64,000 nt of DNA from an uncultured Desulfovibrionaceae bacterium (GTDB lineage: Bacteria; Desulfobacterota; Desulfovibrionia; Desulfovibrionales; Desulfovibrionaceae). This document shows, one piece after another, positions 44,906 through 55,038 of the stretch. Position 1 is the first letter of the stretch, and the number at the start of each line of letters is the position of its first letter. Below the pieces are notes generated by a model, which was not told the origin of the DNA, ran no database searches, and worked only from the letters and a program-made list of their open reading frames with translations. The stretch lies in NCBI GenBank assembly GCA_944324045.1, contig CALUUT010000068.1, forward strand, positions 33,285 through 97,284, written 5' to 3'. Both the position numbers and the translations under genes were made by a program.

Positions 44906-45740
44906 CGAGGCTTGCCGGGGGATTCCATGTTAAAAGTATGTTCGCAACATTTGCAAGCGCCTTGGACGCCGGACTGTCTTTGTTTTCGGCATAGTAGGGC
45001 AGTTGCTGGACCACAGCCTTTCTGACGTTGGGGTCGCGGGGAACGGCGCCGAGATAATCAAGGGACACGCCGGAAAGAAAGTGGTCGCATGCCGTTATGA
45101 GACGCCGGTAGACCTCTTTTGCAGACTGTTCGCTGTCCGTCATGTTGATCAGTATCTTGAAATTGTCGATGCCGTGCTGCTGCCTCATGACTTTGATGAG
45201 CGCATAGGCATCGGTCAGCGACGTAGGCTCAGGCGTAAGTACCACGATGCGTTCCTGCACCGCAAGGTTGAAGTAAAGCACATTATCGCCGATGCCCGCG
45301 CCTGTGTCCACGACAAGATAATCGACGTCGTTTTCAAGCTCATCCATGGCTTCCAGCAGCTCAAGCTTCTGGCCGGTGTCGAGGTTGAGCATTTCCGTAA
45401 CCCCGGAAGACGCCGGGAGAATGGAAAAACCATATTCCGTGGGATGCAGAATATCGGAAACCTTTGCCCCTTCATGAAACAGGTGAAAAAGGTTGCAGCG
45501 CGGCGTTATGCCTAAAAGCACATCGACATTGGCAAGACCCAGGTCCGCATCCAAAAGAACGACCTTTTTTTCCGCACTTGCCAGCAGCAGGGCAAGGTTG
45601 ACGGAAATGTTGGTTTTTCCGACTCCGCCTTTGCCGGAGGTGACGGAAAACACGATGGGCGGCCGCGACGACCGCTTTGGCAGAGCGTCTCCCTCAAAGA
45701 CGGCCTCTCCTGTGACAAACATGGCGCACTCCCTCTTCAT
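44859..45740 (-). CDS. flhG: MinD/ParA-family flagellar number regulator FlhG (FleN)
   Basis: Deviant Walker A SGKGGVGKT. Positioned between flhF and fliA. Overlaps the fliA start by 47 nt. Confidence 0.9.
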   Translation of the reverse strand: MKRECAMFVTGEAVFEGDALPKRSSRPPIVFSVTSGKGGVGKTNISVNLALLLASAEKKVVLLDADLGLANVDVLLGITPRCNLFHLFHEGAKVSDILHPTEYGFSILPASSGVTEMLNLDTGQKLELLEAMDELENDVDYLVVDTGAGIGDNVLYFNLAVQERIVVLTPEPTSLTDAYALIKVMRQQHGIDNFKILINMTDSEQSAKEVYRRLITACDHFLSGVSLDYLGAVPRDPNVRKAVVQQLPYYAENKDSPASKALANVANILLTWNPPASLDGNIKFFWKKLLFGK

Positions 45741-45764
45741 GCTGTTTGCTTGCGTAATCGATGT

Positions 45765-47069
45765 TTATACTTTTGCGCGGATGTGCTCTCCCGTCGCAGA
45801 TCGCGTCTTGGTCGAAGATTGCCGCGTGCGGGATTGCCGCTGGGGCGTCAGCACGCTTCGCTCAAGCGCCTGGGTTTCTTCTTCCCGCAAGGCGCGTTCT
45901 TTTTCGAATGCATTATCTTCAATATCGTCCTCACTTTGCCTGATTTTTTCTTTCAGGGCAAAGTTTTTGGCTTTCTTTTGCGCGGCATGGACCGCACGCG
46001 CCGTCGGCATTTCATGCTTGAATATAAGCCGCCACACGCTTGATTTTTCCGCAGCCGTCAGAGAATCGGTCAGCCCCGCGCCCGCGGAAAGAGCGGAAAT
46101 CGGCAACCCCATATTCAGGGCCACGTTGACGAGTTCGCCATATGTATCGGCTTCGTCAAGTTTGGTCCAGATAAGACTTGCAAGGTTTTCCGACCGGTAA
46201 ATTTCGGCGAAGACGGATAATTGACGTCCGCTGTACTGCGGCGAGAGCAAAAGGTGGATATCCATATTTCGGGATACGAATCCCATGCGGCTCATGGCCG
46301 CGGCCAGGGAATCGCCCCTTGCCGGAGCCGGGAAATCAATGATGAACCTGTCCGCTTCGTGACCGTTTCTGGCCCATTTGGCCAGGTCTTTGGCCGAGGC
46401 CGCCTCACAGTAAAGAAGATCTGAAAGTTCGGCATAGTGTTTGAGCACAAGGCGGCCGTGCCCTTTGTTCACATCCGCGTTGACAAGACAGACCGCCATA
46501 TCCGGATTTTCGTTTTTAAGCGCAAGGGCCAGGCGCAGGGCGGTCACGGTTTTTCCAACCCCCGCAGGTCCGGTCACGGCGTGGATGCGTTGAGGCCATT
46601 TGTCCGCCGCCCACGGACGGCATGGAACCATGGCGGAGAGCGGCTCCAGAATGGAAGCGTGAGGCGTGACGATGAGCGCGCGGTAAAGGTGCAAAATGGC
46701 GTTGTCGTTTACGCCTTCCTGCTGAAGGTATTCAAGAGCGGCGCGCTGGCGTTGCGTCAGATCGCCAAGACGCATGTGCGGCTTTAAAAGCGCCATAAAA
46801 TGGTCATGTATCTGCGCCCATTCGCGCTGCCAGCTTTTTGGTCCCGGTCCGGAAAAAGAAGGACGGGCCATGCCTTCATGCGCCCCTGCGTTCGGTTGGC
46901 CGGCTCCCGGCGGCTGCTCGCGCTCGACACCTGCGGTGACCTCGCTTAAATTCTTGCCGTCGCGGCGCACTGTCCGGGAAGAAAGGATAACGGCGTCCGG
47001 TCCCAGTTCTTCCTTTATTTCTGCAAGAATCGTTTTGGTGTTCGGGCCAAGATATGTTTTTATATGCAT
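45765..47069 (-). CDS. flhF: flagellar biosynthesis GTPase FlhF
   Basis: N-terminus MHIKTYLGPNTKTILAEIKEELGPDAVILSSR. SRP-type G domain GPAGVGKTVT, with DFPAP in place of the canonical DTAG. Confidence 0.9.
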   Translation of the reverse strand: MHIKTYLGPNTKTILAEIKEELGPDAVILSSRTVRRDGKNLSEVTAGVEREQPPGAGQPNAGAHEGMARPSFSGPGPKSWQREWAQIHDHFMALLKPHMRLGDLTQRQRAALEYLQQEGVNDNAILHLYRALIVTPHASILEPLSAMVPCRPWAADKWPQRIHAVTGPAGVGKTVTALRLALALKNENPDMAVCLVNADVNKGHGRLVLKHYAELSDLLYCEAASAKDLAKWARNGHEADRFIIDFPAPARGDSLAAAMSRMGFVSRNMDIHLLLSPQYSGRQLSVFAEIYRSENLASLIWTKLDEADTYGELVNVALNMGLPISALSAGAGLTDSLTAAEKSSVWRLIFKHEMPTARAVHAAQKKAKNFALKEKIRQSEDDIEDNAFEKERALREEETQALERSVLTPQRQSRTRQSSTKTRSATGEHIRAKV

Positions 47070-47089
47070 TGGACGTTTCCGGCACTACG

Positions 47090-49180
47090 TTAAAGCGTTA
47101 CGCTGCCCACCGAACTAAGACGGATATCGCTGGGTATTTCCGCCTGCGATATGACGGGCACGCCCGGCAAAAAGCGCATGACGAGCTGAGCCAGATGCGG
47201 TCTGACCGAAGGCGTCGCAAGAACCACGGGCTGCCCGTCCGTGACCACGGCGTTTTCCACAAGGGCGCTTATTTTCTGCATGATCTGTTGCGCCGTTCCG
47301 GGCGGCAGAGCAAGATAGGCGCCGCCTTCAGTCTGGCGCAGGCTCTCCTGGATGGTCCGGTCGACGGCAAGATCAAGCGATATGACGCCAAGGCCGCCAT
47401 CCGAGCCAAGATACGGCTTTACAATGGTGCGGCTTATGCGTTCGCGCACATATTCCGTCAGGACTTCGGGATTTTTCACGGCCGTTCCATAATCCGCAAG
47501 GGTTTCGACGATGCTGAGCAGATCGCGGATGGAAACGTTTTCGCGCACGAGGTTCTGCAAAACCTTCTGCACCACGCCAAGCGGCAGAATGCCGGGCACA
47601 AGCTCTTCCACAGCCTTGGGCGCGGTTTTCGCCAGATTGTCCAGAAGTCCCTGGACTTCCTGCCGCCCAAGGAAATCTCCCAGATGGCGTTTGAACACTT
47701 CCGTAAGATGCGTGGCGATGACTGTGGCCGGATCCACCACGGTGTAGCCCGCGAGCATGGCCTCTTCCTTGCGGCTTTCCGGTATCCAGAGCGCCGGGAG
47801 ATTGAACGCGGGCTCGCGCGTTTCCACGCCGCTTATGCGGTGCGCCGCGTTGCCCGGGTCCATGGCCAGGAAGTGATCAATAAGGATTTCCGCGGAAGCC
47901 ACTTCATTGCCTTTAATGAGCAAGGAATACTGCCCGGGTTTGAGCTGGAGATTGTCGCGCAGGTGCAGCGACGGAATTATGACGCCCATATCCAGAGCGA
48001 ATTGCCGTCTTATGGCCCTGATGCGCGACAGAAGGTTGCCGCTTTGCTCCTCATCCACCAATGGAATGAGTCCATATCCCACTTCCAACTCAAGCGTGTC
48101 AAGAGGCAACAGGGATTGCACGGCTTCCGGCGTATCAAGAGGCGCCGCATCGGGCTTTTTCTCTTTGGCGGCGCTTGCCGCATCAGGAGCGACTTTGCTG
48201 ATGGCGCGCGCAACCAGGAAAAGCAGGGCCGCAAATATGAGGAAGGGAATCGTGGGCATTCCAGGGACTATGGCGAATATCAGCAATACGGCGGCGACCA
48301 GCTTGAGGGCGCGCTGGTTGAAGGCGAGCTGTCCCAGAACTTCTTCGCCCATTTTGGCTTCCGCCGCCGCGCGGGACACGATGATGCCGGCGGCGGTGGA
48401 TACGATGATCGAAGGAATGGTGGCTACAAGCCCGTCGCCCACCGTGAGCAGGGTATAGGTGGTGAGCGCGTCGCGCCACTCCATGCCCTGCTGCACGACG
48501 CCTATGATGATGCCGCCGATGATGTTGATGAACGTGATGATAAGTCCGGCGGTCACGTCTCCCTGCACGAATTTGCCCGCGCCGTCCATGGCGCCGTAAA
48601 AGTCGGCTTCCTTGCGGATGTTGGTGCGCCGTCTGGTGGCTTCGGCTTCGTCGATGACGCCTGCGTTCAGGTCCGCTTCAATGGCCATTTGCTTGCCGGG
48701 CATGGCGTCAAGGGTAAAGCGCGCCGCGACTTCCGCGATGCGCGTCGTGCCTGCGGTGATAACCATTTTATTTAGAATAAATAAAATGAAAAAGATAATG
48801 ATGCCGACGACATAACTGCCGCCCACAACGAACGCCCCAAAAGCCTGAATGATCTCGCCGGCGGCCCCCGGACCTTCGCTGCCGTGCAGGAGAATAAGGC
48901 GTGTGGAAGCCACGTTCAATGCCAGGCGAAGAAGCGTCGTCACCAAAAGCAGCGTGGGAAATACGGAAAACTCCAGAGGCGAGAGCATGAACATGGATGT
49001 GATCAAAATGATAAGGGACAGGGAAATGGACAAAGAGAGCATGATATCAAGAAAAAAGGTCGGAAGCGGGACGAGCATGACAAAAAGAATGACGACCACG
49101 CCGCCGGCAAGAACAATGTCGCCCTGTTTGGCGAATTTGGCATAGGGTATTTCCGGTATCAGTCCTGGTGCTTTGGCCAT
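47090..49180 (-). CDS. flhA: flagellar export apparatus protein FlhA
   Basis: FHIPEP region (FPTLLLVTTLLRLALNVASTRLIL, AGEIIQAFG, RFTLDAMPGKQMAIEADL) plus the cytoplasmic domain. The maximal ORF start at 49198 is TTG. Confidence 0.96.
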   Translation of the reverse strand: MAKAPGLIPEIPYAKFAKQGDIVLAGGVVVILFVMLVPLPTFFLDIMLSLSISLSLIILITSMFMLSPLEFSVFPTLLLVTTLLRLALNVASTRLILLHGSEGPGAAGEIIQAFGAFVVGGSYVVGIIIFFILFILNKMVITAGTTRIAEVAARFTLDAMPGKQMAIEADLNAGVIDEAEATRRRTNIRKEADFYGAMDGAGKFVQGDVTAGLIITFINIIGGIIIGVVQQGMEWRDALTTYTLLTVGDGLVATIPSIIVSTAAGIIVSRAAAEAKMGEEVLGQLAFNQRALKLVAAVLLIFAIVPGMPTIPFLIFAALLFLVARAISKVAPDAASAAKEKKPDAAPLDTPEAVQSLLPLDTLELEVGYGLIPLVDEEQSGNLLSRIRAIRRQFALDMGVIIPSLHLRDNLQLKPGQYSLLIKGNEVASAEILIDHFLAMDPGNAAHRISGVETREPAFNLPALWIPESRKEEAMLAGYTVVDPATVIATHLTEVFKRHLGDFLGRQEVQGLLDNLAKTAPKAVEELVPGILPLGVVQKVLQNLVRENVSIRDLLSIVETLADYGTAVKNPEVLTEYVRERISRTIVKPYLGSDGGLGVISLDLAVDRTIQESLRQTEGGAYLALPPGTAQQIMQKISALVENAVVTDGQPVVLATPSVRPHLAQLVMRFLPGVPVISQAEIPSDIRLSSVGSVTL

Positions 49181-49253
49181 GATTTTGACGCCTTTCAAAT
49201 TGAGTTTGTTACAGCGAACGCCCGTTTTCCATGAGCGGCGTTTCTGGAATCCG

Positions 49254-50324
49254 TCACTTTTTCCTTAGTTTTGACCGGAACTTGCTCAGCCCGGCGAGTA
49301 TTCCCGCCACTGCCTTGTACAGATCTTCCGGAATGACGTCGCCAACCTTGACACTTTTATACAAAGCCCGTGCCAAAAGAACGTTTTCCCTGATGGGAAC
49401 ACTGTGTTTTCTTGCTTCCTCTTTTATTTTTTCCGCAAGATGGTTCGCGCCCATTGCGACTACAATCGGCGCCGGAGCCTGGGCGGCGTCATACATGAGA
49501 GCGACGGCGATATGGGTGGGGTTGGTGATGACCACATCGGCCTTTCGCACGCTTTGCAGCATGCGTTTGCCCATGGTCTCCATCATTTTTTGACGCTGTT
49601 TGCCCTTGATGATCGGATCGCCCAGGATTTGTTTTTGTTCTTCCTTGACGTCCTGTTTGCTCATTTTGATGTTTTCTTCATAGTCCCAGCGGGTATAGAT
49701 AAGATCGGCAATCGCGATGAGCGTCATGGGAATAAGCGCATACACGGCCATTTTAAAGCCGACGGAAAGCATGAATTCCGCAAGTTGTCCGGCGTCAGAA
49801 TGATACAGCCCCATGAAGTTGTCGAACTCGCTTCGAAATACAAGCCATGGCGCGATGCCGATTACAACGGCCTGGAGCACGCTTTTCCCAAGACGGATCA
49901 GGGTCTTTGGCGAAGCGAACATATTTTTTATGCCGTTCACAATATTAAAATTGGAAAATTTGAATTTGAGAACTTCGGTGGTCCAGAGTTTGCCGACTTG
50001 TTTGCGCATGGCGATAAAGGCAAGAAGCCCGATAAAAAATAAAATGGGCAGAACCATTTTGGCCAGAAACAGGCAGGCCCATATAAACAGGCTGTAAACG
50101 CTTTGTTTATCGACATTAAAGCTCATGAATTCAGTCAGAAAATGGCGGAACGCAACCTGAAATTCGCTGCTCATGTAGCTTATGTAGGCATAAAGACCCA
50201 GCAGGCCGCCAATAACGGTGATAGTTTTGCTGACCTCCTGCGACTTGGGAACATTTCCTTTTTTTCGGATTTTTTCACGCTGTTTCGGCGTCGCTTTTTC
50301 TGTTTTACTGGGATCTCTGGCCAT
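49254..50324 (-). CDS. flhB: flagellar export apparatus protein FlhB
   Basis: SKTEKATPKQREKIRKKGNVPKSQE and the autocleavage NPTH motif (VVITNPTHIAVAL). Confidence 0.96.
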   Translation of the reverse strand: MARDPSKTEKATPKQREKIRKKGNVPKSQEVSKTITVIGGLLGLYAYISYMSSEFQVAFRHFLTEFMSFNVDKQSVYSLFIWACLFLAKMVLPILFFIGLLAFIAMRKQVGKLWTTEVLKFKFSNFNIVNGIKNMFASPKTLIRLGKSVLQAVVIGIAPWLVFRSEFDNFMGLYHSDAGQLAEFMLSVGFKMAVYALIPMTLIAIADLIYTRWDYEENIKMSKQDVKEEQKQILGDPIIKGKQRQKMMETMGKRMLQSVRKADVVITNPTHIAVALMYDAAQAPAPIVVAMGANHLAEKIKEEARKHSVPIRENVLLARALYKSVKVGDVIPEDLYKAVAGILAGLSKFRSKLRKK

Positions 50325-50433
50325 GGAAAGATTCCTGCTTCAGTGTTGTTCCGGCAACGCCCGGACAGGCGTCTTGCGTTTGTTTGGCGCGTGCGGGCGG
50401 CAACGTCTCTGTTCCCGTTTTGTCTGGAAACGG

Positions 50434-51225
50434 TCAGTTGAATGAAGGGCTTGCGGCCCTAAGGAGGTGGAGAAACATGGGGCCCATTTCCATGATGAAT
50501 TCCCGAATGCGGTCTGCCATGGCCATGAAAAGAAGGCCCAGAAAGAACATGCCGATACCGATTTTCAAGGGAAACCCCAGCATCATGATATTCATTTGCG
50601 GCGCGGCGCGGCCCATGAGCGCCAGCGCAAGTTCCGCCAGAAACAGGGCGGCCATAACCGGCGCGGCTATCTTCACCGCAATGAGAAACATATCTGCGGA
50701 CAGAGAAAACACCTGGCGCGCCAAGACGCTGTTGACCGCCAGTCCGCCCGGCGGGATTAAGGAAAAGGATTCCGAAAGCGCGCGCAGCATGAACAGATGT
50801 CCGTTTAAGGTGAGAAAGGTCAGCAAAGCGACTGTGTAAAGCAAGTGCGACGTGACGGGTTCTTGTTGTCCGGTGAGCGGGTCTGCGATATTCATCATGG
50901 TAAAACCCATTTGATACGCCAGAAGCTGGCCGCCGGTCTGCATGCCCGCAAAAAGAAACTGAATGCACATGCCAAGAATAAGGCCCAGCAGCGCTTCGGA
51001 AAAAAGCATGGCCACAAGCCCGAAAGTGTGCGTGGGAAACAGCGCGCCGTCAAAGGACAGTCCGGGAAAGACGGCCAGGGTGAAGACAATGCATAAGGCG
51101 GCCTTGCCCGCGACAGGCAGAGATTGAGCGCCGAAAACCGGAAGCAGAAACACGACCAGGCTTATGCGCATGAGCGTGAGCAGGAAAGCGGCGAAAAGCA
51201 GGGGGTTGAATGAGAAAATATCCAT
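50434..51225 (-). CDS. fliR: flagellar export apparatus protein FliR
   Basis: Polytopic membrane protein with LLTLMRISLVVFLLPVFG and GLILGMCIQFLFAGMQTGGQLLAYQMGF. The ATG at 51225 follows AAGGTA. Confidence 0.9.
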   Translation of the reverse strand: MDIFSFNPLLFAAFLLTLMRISLVVFLLPVFGAQSLPVAGKAALCIVFTLAVFPGLSFDGALFPTHTFGLVAMLFSEALLGLILGMCIQFLFAGMQTGGQLLAYQMGFTMMNIADPLTGQQEPVTSHLLYTVALLTFLTLNGHLFMLRALSESFSLIPPGGLAVNSVLARQVFSLSADMFLIAVKIAAPVMAALFLAELALALMGRAAPQMNIMMLGFPLKIGIGMFFLGLLFMAMADRIREFIMEMGPMFLHLLRAASPSFN

Positions 51226-51385
51226 TACCTTAAAATTTAGCAAAAAATGAGCCAATAAACTGTGTATTTATAATACATTGATTTTATAAGATATTTTTGA
51301 AGATAGGGGGATAAGCGCCAATCTTTGACGTTTCCTTTTCTTGCCTTGTGGTCATTATTCTGGCAGTTGCTGGACACGGAGGTGC

Positions 51386-51985
51386 ATGATGGAAACATTA
51401 TTGATCAAGCGCGCGATTCTGAGCGTGACGGATAAGAGCGGGATTACGGAATTCGCCGCGTTTTTGCATGAGAACGGGGTGGAGCTTCTTTCAACCGGCG
51501 GCACGGAACGGACTTTGCGTGAAGCGGGCCTTCCGGTAACGCCTGTCAGCGCGGTGACGGGATTTCCGGAAATCCTCGGCGGACGGGTGAAAACATTGAA
51601 TCCGAAAATTCACGGCGGCATTCTCGCGGACAAGGACAATCCTGAACATTTGGAAACCCTGAAAATGCACGGCATCGCCCCGATTGATCTGGTGTGCGTG
51701 AATTTGTACAATTTTTCCCGCGCAGTGGCGCAGGCGCTTTCGCCGCGGGCGGCCATAGAGGAAATCGATATCGGCGGTCCCTGCATGCTGCGCGCGGCGG
51801 CCAAGAATTTTCACAGCGTCCTGGTCGTGCCGGGAACGGAACATTATGCCGCGGTTCGCGCGGAGCTGGAGAAAAACAATATGGGCGCGTCATGCGCGTT
51901 GCGGCAACGCATGGCGCAGGCGACCTTTGCCCTGACGTCCGAATATGACGCCATGATTGCGTCGTATATGGCCTCATGGCAATAA
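51386..51985 (+). CDS. stand-alone IMP cyclohydrolase (PurH MGS-like N-terminal domain only)
   Basis: KRAILSVTDKSGI..LLSTGGT...TGFPEILGGRVKTLNPKIHGGIL..IDLVCVNLYNF. The ORF stops after about 200 aa and no AICARFT domain follows. Confidence 0.85.
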   Translation: MMETLLIKRAILSVTDKSGITEFAAFLHENGVELLSTGGTERTLREAGLPVTPVSAVTGFPEILGGRVKTLNPKIHGGILADKDNPEHLETLKMHGIAPIDLVCVNLYNFSRAVAQALSPRAAIEEIDIGGPCMLRAAAKNFHSVLVVPGTEHYAAVRAELEKNNMGASCALRQRMAQATFALTSEYDAMIASYMASWQ

Positions 51986-52072
51986 TGGCGTTTTTTCGGG
52001 CGCGGGGAGAAGGGCGGCGTCTTTGATGTTAGGAGGTGGCTTATCGCCAGAGTATTAGGCAATACGGAAGGT

Positions 52073-53776
52073 TTGAAGGCCAGCGAGCTTAAAGGGTTGC
52101 AGCGTCTTTACGGAAGGCGCTATCCTGTGCGCGGCGGATACAGCGTGGAGCAGGCAAGGGAATTGGCCGCGCTGTCCAGGGTGACGGGGCGGCAAATCGC
52201 GTTGCTTTTGGACCGGCAGGGACGTCCGGAAATGGTCATCGCAGGCGAGCCTTCTTCCATATTCATTCCCGAACTTTCTCGCGCGCGTCAGTCTCAAGGG
52301 CGTCTGCGCGGTCTTAGGGTTTTGCATACCCATTTGTCGGATGAGCTTTTGTCTCAGGAAGACCTTATGGATATGCTTTTTTTGCGCCTGGACTCTTTCT
52401 CTGTGCTGACGGTCGGCCCGCACGGCGAGCCGCTTCGTTTTCAAACCGCCCATCTTCTGCCGCCGAATCCGGAAAACGAGCTGTATCGGATTTCCGAGCC
52501 CATGACATGGGAGCGCGTGGACATTGATTTTGCGGCGCAAACCATGGCTTTGGAGGAAGAGCTTTCGCGCACTGTGGAGGCGGCGCGGGAGACGGGAGCG
52601 GCTCAGGGGGCGAGGCTTTCCGGGGCCGGGCGGCCGCAAAGGGCCGTTTTGGTCGGCGTGGGAACCGAACCGCGCACGGTGCAGGAGCAGCATCTTGAAG
52701 AGTTGAAAGAGCTTGCGCACAGCGCCGGCGTCGAATGCGCAGGGACTATGATCCAGCGGGTGCAGGCCATAAATCCCCGGCATATTTTGGGAAAGGGAAA
52801 ACTTGCGGAACTGGAGGTTCTCGCTCTCAGGGGAAACGCGGATCTCATTGTTTTTGACGATGAGCTGCTGCCCGCGCAACTTGCGAATCTTGCGGAAATA
52901 ACGGAACGCAAGGTTCTGGACCGGACGCAACTGATTCTCGATGTTTTTGCGCAGCGCGCCAGCACCAAGGCGGGCAAGCTTCAGGTGGAAATGGCTCAAC
53001 TTAAATACGCGCTGCCGCGTCTGGCCGGAAGCGGCCGGAATCGGGCTTTTGACCGTTTGGCGGGCGGCATTGGCGGACGGGGTCCGGGCGAAACGAAGCT
53101 GGAAACAGACCGTCGGAAAATTCGGGACAGAATCGCCCGCATAAAAGGCGAACTTGACGCCCTTCGCAGGCAGCGCGCCTTTGTGCGCGCGCGTCGGGCA
53201 AAAACCGGCATTCCTCTGGCTTCGCTCGTCGGGTACACGAATGCCGGAAAATCCACCTTGCTCAATGCCTTGACCCAATCCGAGGTTCTGGCGGCGGACA
53301 AGCTTTTTGCGACGCTGGATACTACGACCAGACGGCTCAGGGTGCCTGAAGAACGGGAAGTCATTCTTGCAGACACAGTAGGCTTTATCAGAAAATTGCC
53401 CAAAGAGTTGAAAGAAGCGTTTCGGGCCACGCTTGAGGAACTGGCGGCCGCCGATATATTCATCCATGTCGCGGATGCGGCGCATCCGGATCTTGACCGG
53501 CAGATATCCGCGGTCACGGCCATTATCGAAGAGCTGGAGCTGGGGAATGTCCCTTCGATTTTGGTGTTGAACAAATGGGATAAAGCGCCTGAAGAATCAC
53601 GGGAAGGGATTCTTGCGCGCTATCCCGGCGCATATCCTGTTTCGGCCCTGAAAGGCGAAAATTTGGACAGCCTGGCGCGAGCCGTCGCGGCGCGTATAGA
53701 CTGGGAACGCGCAGAGACGGATATGGCGGAAGAAAATGGCATGCAAAAAGGCGAAGCAATGGAGAAAAAAGAATGA
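52073..53776 (+). CDS. hflX: GTPase HflX with a roughly 190-aa N-terminal extension
   Basis: HflX N-domain ([14 protein letters not shown]...[39 protein letters not shown]-like, [14 protein letters not shown]) plus a G domain ([23 protein letters not shown]). TTG start at 52073, so the start is uncertain. Confidence 0.88.
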   Translation: MKASELKGLQRLYGRRYPVRGGYSVEQARELAALSRVTGRQIALLLDRQGRPEMVIAGEPSSIFIPELSRARQSQGRLRGLRVLHTHLSDELLSQEDLMDMLFLRLDSFSVLTVGPHGEPLRFQTAHLLPPNPENELYRISEPMTWERVDIDFAAQTMALEEELSRTVEAARETGAAQGARLSGAGRPQRAVLVGVGTEPRTVQEQHLEELKELAHSAGVECAGTMIQRVQAINPRHILGKGKLAELEVLALRGNADLIVFDDELLPAQLANLAEITERKVLDRTQLILDVFAQRASTKAGKLQVEMAQLKYALPRLAGSGRNRAFDRLAGGIGGRGPGETKLETDRRKIRDRIARIKGELDALRRQRAFVRARRAKTGIPLASLVGYTNAGKSTLLNALTQSEVLAADKLFATLDTTTRRLRVPEEREVILADTVGFIRKLPKELKEAFRATLEELAAADIFIHVADAAHPDLDRQISAVTAIIEELELGNVPSILVLNKWDKAPEESREGILARYPGAYPVSALKGENLDSLARAVAARIDWERAETDMAEENGMQKGEAMEKKE

Positions 53777-53947
53777 GCAATTTTTTTATCCGCTCCGAAT
53801 GGCGGCTTGGAGATGGCCGGGCATGGAAATGCAGACATATCTTTTTCCTGATTGCCATATTGCGGCGATATAGCGCCGTATGCCGTTCATTTTCATAGCC
53901 CGGCCAATATATTCAATATATTTCTGACAGGCGGGATCAAGAGCCTG

Positions 53948-54394
53948 TTATTCCACAGGGGCGGTTTTCCGTCTCTTTTCCCATAATTTCATGTCTTTCA
54001 TCTTTTTGCGGCGGTCACGCTGCAATCCTTTGCAAACAAGCGGCGTATCCTCTTTGAGTTTCCATTTTTCCCGGTATTCGTCCGGAGTCAGGCCATGGCT
54101 TGCAAGGTGCTTTTTGGTGAGAATTTTAAAAACCTTCCCGCATTCAAGGCAGACAATGGTTTTTTCTTTAATGGATTTGCGGAAATCCTGCATCATTTCC
54201 GGGGAATTGTCGTCAAGACAGGTGTCGCCGGCCATTTTGCAGAAATTGGCGGTCAGCTTCTGAACAAAGGAGAGCATTTCCTCCTCAGTCATGACCCGAA
54301 CGCTTGCTTGCGCTTTAAGAATGTTCAATGCTTGTTTAAGATATTCTTCCACAATATTCCCCCACGTATCGGTATGTCCATGCGGCTGAAGCAT
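53948..54394 (-). CDS. MucR/Ros-family zinc-finger transcriptional regulator
   Basis: CLECGKVFKILTKKHLASHGLTPDEYREKWKL signature. Confidence 0.9.
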   Translation of the reverse strand: MLQPHGHTDTWGNIVEEYLKQALNILKAQASVRVMTEEEMLSFVQKLTANFCKMAGDTCLDDNSPEMMQDFRKSIKEKTIVCLECGKVFKILTKKHLASHGLTPDEYREKWKLKEDTPLVCKGLQRDRRKKMKDMKLWEKRRKTAPVE

Positions 54395-54869
54395 TTTTCC
54401 ATTGAACAGGAAATTTTATACGCCATGGTTTGCAGTGTTCTTCATCAACAAATACGAGCATTGCAAGGTATTATAAAGACAGTATTTTTATATTTATGAA
54501 TAAAAATGCGCTTTTAAAAAAGCATTGCTTTTTTTTGGAAAAGATCTAAATCCATATATATCTAATGAACTTTTTATATTTTATGATTTTTTCCGCATAT
54601 GCTTATATTTAGAAATATATGTCGTATTTGAGCATCCACTTTATTTGAAAAGATTTTTGCATGTAGAAAATGTCGTTTCGCATTAATAGAAAATTTTTTT
54701 AATTATTTATCAAAAACAATAGCTTGTCAATTTATTTGTAGACTTCTTTATATGATTGCTGTTTCTGTAATAAAATTTTTTTGGCCGTGTCAACTCGCCG
54801 CCAGAAACATTCTTTTATATCTATTGTCTGTCGGATTATTTTATATTGCTGTACACTACATGATTTTTA

Positions 54870-54909
54870 GAAAAAAACAATCTATATGCTATGGTTGCAT
54901 AGCATATAG
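54870..54909 (-). terminator. intrinsic terminator after the U32 peptidase operon
   Basis: Perfect 12-bp inverted repeat ctatatgctatg-gttg-catagcatatag followed by UUGUUUUUUU on the minus strand. Confidence 0.75.
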
Positions 54910-55038
54910 TATATAATTACAAATTATATCAATAAATGTACGGTATTTATCTGCATGTTGGGCGATTCCCGGCATATGTGCCAGGAATGCCGCGTTTTTT
55001 GTCGTAAATCCGACGGACGCGTGCAGCGTGTGATTTGG

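Noticed and set aside
47054-48775. 573-aa plus-strand ORF
   Set aside because: It is antisense to flhA.
51239-51254. Sigma54-like match TGGCTCATTTTTTGCT upstream of fliR
   Set aside because: The spacing is correct, but the predicted start site would be only about 3 nt from the fliR ATG and downstream of its SD. The match lies in very AT-rich DNA where chance matches are likely. It is worth re-testing only if fliR proves to be leaderless.
52055-53485. 476-aa minus-strand ORF
   Set aside because: It is antisense to hflX.
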